64,000 nt of DNA from the NCBI GenBank assembly GCA_965207735.1, contig OZ242296.1:4640001-4704000 (forward strand), given 5' to 3'. Position numbers and translations under genes: made by a program. This document shows, piece after piece, positions 57,285 through 64,000 of the stretch. The notes under the pieces are model-generated. The model saw only the letters and a program-made list of their open reading frames with translations. It was not told the origin of the DNA and made no database searches. The stretch is from Candidatus Versatilivorator sp. Its GTDB lineage: Bacteria > Acidobacteriota > Terriglobia > Versatilivoradales > Versatilivoraceae. The stretch's first letter is position 1; each line of letters opens with the position of its first letter.

Positions 57285-58124
57285 TCAGCTCGAAGGCAAG
57301 CTCAGCAGCTCCTCGGGGACATCCAGGTCGGCTCCGCCCTCCGGGGCCGGCAGCCGCAGCGCCCAGAGCACGGCCTGGACCGCCAGCCGGCGGTAGGGCT
57401 CCAGTCGCCAGTTCCTGTGGAAGTGCAAGCCGCTGAAGCCGAACGAGCGCCCCCCGTCGCCGCGTTCCCAGGCCCAGGCAACGGTCTCTCGTTGCTCCTC
57501 GATGTCCGCCTGCACCAGGGGGAAGATGCTCGAGGTGGGCTGCACGAACTTGAGGCGGTAGTAGAACTCGTCGTGCACGGTAAAATCGGAAATGCCGTGG
57601 GTGACCGGGTGGTTGGGCGCCGGGATCTTGGCCGTCACCTCCAGGGTGTCGTGCTTGCGGTCCGGTCCGCCATGGCAGCCGCCGAACAACTTGACGAAAG
57701 CGGCGATGTTCTTTGCCTCGACCGTGCCCATGCCCCAATGAAGCACTACCATTGCCCCGCCTTTGCGGGCGAATCGCTGCATGGCCGCCAGACGGTCGGG
57801 GTCGTTGCTCAACCACTTGGCCCCCTCAGACACGAAGAGCACCAGGCCGTCGGCCGAATCCAGCAAGGCCGGACCTTCGCTCCAGGGCTCGTCGGCCGCG
57901 ACCACTTCCGCCTCCAGGTCCGGAAACTGCTTCAGGCAGTGATCCAGGATCCGCACCCCCGGCAGGAACTCGTGGGTCCCGGGGGGATGGCCGTCAGGCC
58001 CCTGGCCGATCAGCAGCAGGCGGGTCTTATCGGGAGTAGCCGGCTCCTCGGGGCCACAGCCGGCAGACGCGACCACTGCCAGCAGAACCGCCAGCAAGCA
58101 GAAGTGAATTCTTGAATGACGCAT
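57285..58124 (-). CDS. ThuA-like domain lipoprotein
   Basis: DGHPPGTHE, VVLHW, HPVTHGI..DEFY, GRSFGFSGLH. Confidence 0.8.
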   Translation of the reverse strand: MRHSRIHFCLLAVLLAVVASAGCGPEEPATPDKTRLLLIGQGPDGHPPGTHEFLPGVRILDHCLKQFPDLEAEVVAADEPWSEGPALLDSADGLVLFVSEGAKWLSNDPDRLAAMQRFARKGGAMVVLHWGMGTVEAKNIAAFVKLFGGCHGGPDRKHDTLEVTAKIPAPNHPVTHGISDFTVHDEFYYRLKFVQPTSSIFPLVQADIEEQRETVAWAWERGDGGRSFGFSGLHFHRNWRLEPYRRLAVQAVLWALRLPAPEGGADLDVPEELLSLPSS

Positions 58125-58218
58125 GGCCTCGATCCTCAGCGAAACCGGAAGAGCCGTGCCCGATTCGCACCCGCCCGGACCGGGAAAGCTCCCCGGCAAC
58201 GGAACCCTTCACTAGGCT

Positions 58219-59244
58219 TTAGAAGTTGTAGTTGTCGATATTGTCGGCGTCGAAATTGAGCGGCGGGCCCAGGAGGACTTCCCCCTCCCGAACCTCCACC
58301 CCCGTGAGCCTGCCGAAGTCGTAGCGTCCCGGAGGCAGCGGTCCCTGCTTGAGCCGGTGAGCCACCCGAATGGTCAGATAACCCAGATCAACCGGATCCC
58401 AGAGGCAGAACTTCCGGACGGTGCCGTCCTTGACAAATTCCCGCATCTGCTCGGGCATGCCCAGCCCTGTCACCTCGATCTGCCCCACCTTGTCGGCGTC
58501 GCGCACGGCCTTGGCCACGGCGGGAAAGGAGACGGAAGTGATGCCCCAGATGCCTTTCAGATTCGGGTAGGCGCTGAGGGCCTCGGCCGTCTGCTCCTGG
58601 CATTTCTGCTGGTCCTCCCCGGGGGTCAGATGCTGGAGCAGATGCATCTCGGGATATTTCTCTCGAATCCGCTCTCGCATGTACTTCATCCAGGTGTTCT
58701 GGTTGGAGGCCGTGGGAGTGCCGCTGACGATGAGGTAGTCGCCCGGCAGAGAGGCGCCCTGGGCCCGGACGCCTTCGGCCATCAGATCCACCAGGGTGTG
58801 GCCGATGGCCCGATTGGGGGCCTGGTTCACGAAAACGGACCGCCGCGAGAGCTCGGGATTGGCATCGGTGTCCCAGGTGAGGACCAGGGCGCCTCTCTCC
58901 CCGGCGCTGCGTAGCGTCCGGGAGATGGCCTCGGGGTCGTTGGGAGCCACCGCGATCACGTCGAATCCCTGGGCCATCCACCCGTCGATCATCTTGATCT
59001 GGTCCTCGGTGCGGGCATCGGTGGGGCCGTCATAGACGAGCTCGACATCCAGCTCCCGGGCCGCTTCCCGGGCGCCCCGCTCGGTCGCTTCGAAATAACC
59101 GATCCCCACCAGCTTGGGGATCATGGCGATCCGCAGGGCTGCATCCCGATCGGGTCCGGCGCACTGGAGGCCCAGGGCGGCCAGCAGGACGGCCAACACA
59201 AAGCGCCCGGATCTCCTGCCACCGATGATGGTTCCGCGCTTCAT
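58219..59244 (-). CDS. Sugar ABC transporter substrate-binding protein (RhaS/LsrB-like)
   Basis: MIPKLVGIGYF, APNDP, TWDTD, NQNTW, LWDPVDLGY. Confidence 0.9.
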   Translation of the reverse strand: MKRGTIIGGRRSGRFVLAVLLAALGLQCAGPDRDAALRIAMIPKLVGIGYFEATERGAREAARELDVELVYDGPTDARTEDQIKMIDGWMAQGFDVIAVAPNDPEAISRTLRSAGERGALVLTWDTDANPELSRRSVFVNQAPNRAIGHTLVDLMAEGVRAQGASLPGDYLIVSGTPTASNQNTWMKYMRERIREKYPEMHLLQHLTPGEDQQKCQEQTAEALSAYPNLKGIWGITSVSFPAVAKAVRDADKVGQIEVTGLGMPEQMREFVKDGTVRKFCLWDPVDLGYLTIRVAHRLKQGPLPPGRYDFGRLTGVEVREGEVLLGPPLNFDADNIDNYNF

Positions 59245-59282
59245 TGTCCCCCCTTCCCTCCGGCCCTGCAATAACAGCGGGT

Positions 59283-60275
59283 TTAGCCTTCCTTCTGGCT
59301 CCGTTGGTTCCAGACGGCAACCAGGATGAGCAGAATGCCGATGACGATCAGCCGGGATTCGGCAGTCAACCAGGACAATCTGGAGCTGAGGAACTGAAGG
59401 CCCACGTCCAGATGGGAGATGACGGCCAGTCCCAGCAACGAGCGGGGCACGCTGCCGCGGCCGCCGGTGATCAGAGTGCCTCCCACCACCACGCAGGCAA
59501 TCACCTGCAGCTCGGTTCCGATGTGGGCGTCCGGGATGGACGCGTCGTGCCGCATGGCTCCCAGAATGGCTACCGAGGCGGCCACCAGACCGTTGATAGT
59601 ATACAGAACACCGTCGACTTTGTTGACGGGAACGGCGGCAAAGCGCGCAGCCTGGCGGTTGTCACCCACGGCGTAGCACCAGCGCCCGAAGCGAGTGTGG
59701 TGCACCAGCAGAACCATGCCCAGGAAAACCAGCCCGGCCAGCCAGAACTGGCTCGGCACCCCCAGGAGCCGGCCCATATCCAGGAAGGACTGGGGAAAGC
59801 CGGCGATGCGGTCGCCGCCGGCGACGGTGATGGCCAGTCCACGATAGAGAGCCATGGTGGCCAGGGTCGCCACCAGGGGAGAGAGGCCGGCCACCACCAG
59901 CAGGCCGTTCAATCCCCCGGCCAGGGCACCGGCCAGCAGGGCGCCCCCGGCCGCGGCTTCAATGGGCCATCCCCAATCCTGCCACAGGATGGCTTGAACC
60001 ATGCCGGTGAGAGCCACCATGGACCCCACCGAGAGGTCGATGCCACCGGTGAGGATGATGGCCGTCATGACGAAGGCCAGGATTCCCACTTCGACCCATG
60101 GAACCCAGACCTCCATCAGCAGTTCCGGCCGCCGGACCTGGGAGAAGACCAGCAACAAAGCCAGGGCCAGCAGACCCCAGGGAAGCAGGCCGAACAACCG
60201 GCGGTTGGAGCGTTCGCCCGGCGGCGCGGGCGGGGAGGGCGCGGCTGCCGCACTCTCCTGTCTTGGCTGACTCAT
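59283..60275 (-). CDS. Sugar ABC transporter permease
   Basis: TGGIDLSVGS, ATLATM, ELQVIACVVVGG. Confidence 0.9.
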   Translation of the reverse strand: MSQPRQESAAAAPSPPAPPGERSNRRLFGLLPWGLLALALLLVFSQVRRPELLMEVWVPWVEVGILAFVMTAIILTGGIDLSVGSMVALTGMVQAILWQDWGWPIEAAAGGALLAGALAGGLNGLLVVAGLSPLVATLATMALYRGLAITVAGGDRIAGFPQSFLDMGRLLGVPSQFWLAGLVFLGMVLLVHHTRFGRWCYAVGDNRQAARFAAVPVNKVDGVLYTINGLVAASVAILGAMRHDASIPDAHIGTELQVIACVVVGGTLITGGRGSVPRSLLGLAVISHLDVGLQFLSSRLSWLTAESRLIVIGILLILVAVWNQRSQKEG

Positions 60276-62773
60276 CGCTTCCATCCTCGCCAGGCAAGAT
60301 CCAGCAGCAGCGCCGCCAGGATCAAGCCGCCCACCACCAGGTCGGTCTGTTGATCCGAGACTCCCCAACGCACCAGGGCGCTGTTGACCAGCCTCAACAG
60401 CAGAGCCCCCAGCACCACACCCAGCACCGTGCCCCGGCCGCCGGTGATGCCCACGCCGCCGATGACGGCCACGGCGATGGCGCTCAGTTCCCATCCGGCT
60501 CCCAGGCGGGCCTGCATCTGCTGGCCCATGGAGAGCTGGAGGACTCCCGCCAGTCCGGCCAGCAGCCCGCCCAGGCCGAAGGTGACCGGCCAGAGACGTG
60601 CCTTGGAAAGACCCAGCAGGCCGGCGGCTCGAGGAGCCGAGCCCAGCGCGTAGACATGACGGCCGCTGCGGGTGTGGGCCATCCAGATATAAACCAGCAG
60701 AACCACCAGCGCGGCCACCGCCACCGCGCCCCGGAAGCCGGTTGCCGGATCGATGGTTAGCCGGCCGAACTCGGGCGGCAGTCCGGTCATGGACTTGCCT
60801 CCCAGCATGGTGATCACCAGTCCGCGGTAGATGGTCAGAGTTCCCAGGGTCACCACAATGGGGTGAAGTCCTCCCAACAGTGACAGAACCGCGTTCAGAA
60901 CCCCTGCCGCGGTTCCCGCCAGAAGTCCGGCCACGATTGCGACGGGAATCAGGAACTCGGGCGAATAGGGCAGCTTAAGCACCAAGGCGGCGGAGGCCGC
61001 CGACAGAGCCACCATGGAGCCGATCGAAATGTCGATTCCCCGGCCCACGATGACCGAGGCGGCCGCCAAGCCCAGAATGGCCCAGAGGGAGGCGTGGGTC
61101 AGCAGATTCAACAGGCTGAACCCCTCGGTGGAAACCGTCAGCCACAGGCCCAGCCCGGCCACGCACAGCAGCAGCGCCAGCTCGTTGAAGGACCGTCCCT
61201 GAAACCGCGAAGCGCTGGACCGGAGCCGGCCGGCGGACGCTTCTTCGGAACCCTGCCGGGGCAGGGCCGCGGCGGCAATGCGGGCAGGGCCGGCCTGGCG
61301 GGGATCGAACTCCCCGGCAATCTCCCCCTCGCGAAAGACCACCACCCGGTCGGAATGTTTCAGGATCTCGGGCAGTTCGGAAGAGATCAGGAGGATGGCG
61401 CAACCCTCCCGGGCCAGGTGGCGCAAGTGCCGATGGATCTCGGCCTTGGCGCCCACGTCCACGCCGCGGGTGGGCTCGTCCAGAATGAGAACACTGGGCT
61501 GGGCCAGCAGCCAGCGCCCCAGGACCACCTTCTGCTGATTGCCGCCCGACAGTTGTTGGACCGGCTGTTCGGTGGATCGGTAGCGCACCTCCAGCCGGCC
61601 GGCGACCTGGCGGGTCGCCTGCTGTTCCCGGGTCCTGCTGGCCAGAAGGCCACGGGTCCAGCGACGCAGCGTCGAGAGCACCGCGTTGGAGCGGACGGGC
61701 AGACCCAGGCAGAGTCCCTGGCTCAGGCGGTCCTCGGGAACGTAGGCGATTCCGGCCTTGAGAGCCTCCCGAGGCCGGTCGATTTCGCACTGGTTGCCGT
61801 CTATTCGGACCAGTCCCTCGGCGGGCCTCAGACCGAACACCGCCCGGGCAAACTCGCTGCGTCCGGCGCCCACCAGCCCATAAATCCCCACGATTTCACC
61901 CGATCCGGCCTTGAGATCGAGCTGTCGAAAGCGGCCGCCCCGGTCGGTGAACCCGCTGACCTGGAAGCGGAGGGGCGCTTCCCGGGCGATGGGGGCGCTT
62001 GCCCGACTGGAGGAAGTGGTCCCCAGAGTCGAGGCCGCCCGTCCCACCATGGCCTCGATGGTCTCCTCGGGACCCACGGACTTCCTGGACCGGGTCCACA
62101 CCTTGAGGCCGTCCCGCAATACCGTAATGCGATCGGCCAGGCGAAAGATCTCTTCCTGGCGATGGGAGATATAGAGGATGCCGGCGCCGTCCGCCTTCAG
62201 GCGGGCGATCTGCTGGAACAGCCAGCGGGCCTCCTCCCCGCTCAAGGCGCTGGTGGGCTCGTCCAGCACCACCACCCTGGCGTTCTGCAGGATGGCAGCC
62301 GCCACCTGGATCATCTGGCGGTGAGCCACGCTGAGCCGGGAGGCGGGCTGGCGGACGTCGATTGTCTCGCCGATCTGCCGAACCGTCTCCCGGGCCTGGC
62401 GGTGCACCTGGTTCCAATCCACCAGTCCGGGGCCGCGGAGCGGGAGCCCGGCGGCCAGCGCCATGTTCTCCGCAACCGAAAGGGTGGGGAAGAGCTCCAC
62501 CTCCTGGTGGACGGTGACCATTCCCTGGGCGCGGGCGGCGACCGGCGTGGGCCAACGCACTTCGCGGCCCTGGAAGAACAGCTTTCCGGAGTCGGGAGCC
62601 AATGCTCCACAGATGATCTTGATCAGGGTGCTCTTTCCGGCGCCGTTCTCGCCCACCAGGGCATGGACTTCGCCCGGATGGAGATCCAGGGACACCCCAC
62701 CGAGGGCCACGACCCCTGGAAAGGTCCGCCGGATATTTACCACCTGAAGGATGGGACGGTTATCGTTTTCCAT
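60272..62773 (-). CDS. Sugar ABC transporter tandem ATPase fused to a permease
   Basis: GENGAGKS, LDEPT x2, LSGGNQQK, then GIDISIGS..ELSAIAVAVIGG in one frame. Confidence 0.9.
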   Translation of the reverse strand: MENDNRPILQVVNIRRTFPGVVALGGVSLDLHPGEVHALVGENGAGKSTLIKIICGALAPDSGKLFFQGREVRWPTPVAARAQGMVTVHQEVELFPTLSVAENMALAAGLPLRGPGLVDWNQVHRQARETVRQIGETIDVRQPASRLSVAHRQMIQVAAAILQNARVVVLDEPTSALSGEEARWLFQQIARLKADGAGILYISHRQEEIFRLADRITVLRDGLKVWTRSRKSVGPEETIEAMVGRAASTLGTTSSSRASAPIAREAPLRFQVSGFTDRGGRFRQLDLKAGSGEIVGIYGLVGAGRSEFARAVFGLRPAEGLVRIDGNQCEIDRPREALKAGIAYVPEDRLSQGLCLGLPVRSNAVLSTLRRWTRGLLASRTREQQATRQVAGRLEVRYRSTEQPVQQLSGGNQQKVVLGRWLLAQPSVLILDEPTRGVDVGAKAEIHRHLRHLAREGCAILLISSELPEILKHSDRVVVFREGEIAGEFDPRQAGPARIAAAALPRQGSEEASAGRLRSSASRFQGRSFNELALLLCVAGLGLWLTVSTEGFSLLNLLTHASLWAILGLAAASVIVGRGIDISIGSMVALSAASAALVLKLPYSPEFLIPVAIVAGLLAGTAAGVLNAVLSLLGGLHPIVVTLGTLTIYRGLVITMLGGKSMTGLPPEFGRLTIDPATGFRGAVAVAALVVLLVYIWMAHTRSGRHVYALGSAPRAAGLLGLSKARLWPVTFGLGGLLAGLAGVLQLSMGQQMQARLGAGWELSAIAVAVIGGVGITGGRGTVLGVVLGALLLRLVNSALVRWGVSDQQTDLVVGGLILAALLLDLAWRGWKR

Positions 62774-62851
62774 TTCGGCTTGGCTTGTGACCTATGGACT
62801 CGTCACTAAACCCTTGTCTACCTGCCCGGTTAGGTCCCCGCTAACGTCAAT

Positions 62852-62898
62852 TCACTGACCACTGACCACTGACCACTGGCCACTGTCTCTCCACTGTC
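62852..62898. repeat. Heptamer tandem (ccactga)n, family H
   Basis: tcactga ccactga ccactga ccactgg ccactgt, next to the stop of the upstream gene. Confidence 0.7.
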
Positions 62899-63999
62899 TC
62901 ACCGAAACACGTCGCCCATCGACTGGCCGGCGTAGCCGGTCATCTCCAGATATCCGCGGCCTGAAACCGGCTCGGCGCCCCGGGCGCCTGTCACCACCAC
63001 CGCACCCTCCCAGTAGGTCACCCCGGTGGACCACCGGGTACGCAACTCCTGGTCCGGTTGGGCGGCGGTCACCGTCAGGCTCAGTCCCTGGCGGGGAAGC
63101 CTCAGGCGCCATTGAATGGGGTAACGGGCTCCGCTGTGAGGCGACTGCCAGGTCCGCACCGGTTCCAGACTGAAGTCGGACCTGCCCAGGGCTTGGGGTT
63201 TTCCGGAGGCGTCCAGCAGCGTACCGCCGGAATTGGGATCGCGCCGTCCGTCGGACCGGCGCAGTTGGAACACCATCAGGTCCTGGCCGCTGTCCAACTG
63301 GAGGGCGAACCAGTCCCAACCGATCTGTTCCGGCTCCAGAAAGCTGGTGCCGAATTCATGGTCCATCCAGCTCGAGCCGGTGATTTCGAATTCCCGGCCG
63401 TCAACTCGGATGCTGCCTCGGGTGGGCATCCGCGTGAGGGAATAGTAATGGGAGGCGTTCCCCTCCTGAGCTCCTTTTTGACTGAGTCCGGCCTGGCCGT
63501 GCAGGAGGGGTTGCCGGCCGGGCTCCAGTACCAGGTCGATTCCGAAATCCCCGTCCCGGGCCCGCAGCCGGTGGCGGCCGTCGCTGTCGAGCCCGGCTTC
63601 CCAGCTCTGGTTCCAGACGCGGTAGGTTTCGGTAGAGGCTCCGGCCCATCCCGGTCCGGCGCGGTTCAACCGTTCGGCAAAATGGAAACGGCCGGTCTCG
63701 AGGTCGCTCAGCGCCAGGTGGGCCATGAAGAGGTCGCGGACCGCCCAGCGGGAGGGGTTTTCCGGACGGGTTCGGACCCCTGCCCGAAAGAAGGTGAGCT
63801 GGAAGCCGAACCGCCGCGAGCTGCTGTCCACCAGGTTCCCGGTGTAGTACCACCACTCGATCCGGTACTCGGGGTGGCTGGCGTGGTCACGGGGAAATTG
63901 CAGGCGGTAGCCAGGACTGGCCTGCCGCCAGGTTTGAGCCCAGCCCAGGGTTGCCAGCAGGCAGGGAACCAGGATCGCCGCCGGCAGGAGCCACGGCCG
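62899..63999 (-). CDS. AttH/CrtC-like lipocalin-fold secreted protein (5' end outside the window)
   Basis: FPRDHASHPEYRIEWWYYTGNL, SHYYS, WMDHEF, GWDWF, YWEG, GYLEMTGY. Confidence 0.85.
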   Translation of the reverse strand, partial: RPWLLPAAILVPCLLATLGWAQTWRQASPGYRLQFPRDHASHPEYRIEWWYYTGNLVDSSSRRFGFQLTFFRAGVRTRPENPSRWAVRDLFMAHLALSDLETGRFHFAERLNRAGPGWAGASTETYRVWNQSWEAGLDSDGRHRLRARDGDFGIDLVLEPGRQPLLHGQAGLSQKGAQEGNASHYYSLTRMPTRGSIRVDGREFEITGSSWMDHEFGTSFLEPEQIGWDWFALQLDSGQDLMVFQLRRSDGRRDPNSGGTLLDASGKPQALGRSDFSLEPVRTWQSPHSGARYPIQWRLRLPRQGLSLTVTAAQPDQELRTRWSTGVTYWEGAVVVTGARGAEPVSGRGYLEMTGYAGQSMGDVFR

Positions 64000-64000
64000 C

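Overview
GC-rich bacterial chromosomal window. Gene content (Rieske/cytochrome b-c fusion, a pentapeptide protein with an Acidobacteria-type C-terminal domain, many Tat/lipoprotein carbohydrate enzymes) suggests an Acidobacteriota-like organism; this is inference. It holds about 45 CDSs (catabolic and transport genes, a YhaO/YhaN SbcCD-like pair, class I fumarase, a cytochrome bc complex, two PIN-type TA modules), tRNA-Gly(CCC) and one complete IS. No CRISPR array was found. The most notable content is intergenic. (1) An 870-nt ORF-less group II intron (10332-11201) sits inside the left terminal inverted repeat of a 243-bp MITE with TTAA flanks, and its EBS1/EBS2 are complementary to that TIR. 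(2) Several dispersed miniature repeat families are present; one encloses decayed remnants of a GxxExxY-like gene and another possibly a four-helix-bundle gene remnant. (3) A 1487-bp IS has inserted into one of these repeats with a 4-bp duplication. All calls were made by eye; no searches were run.
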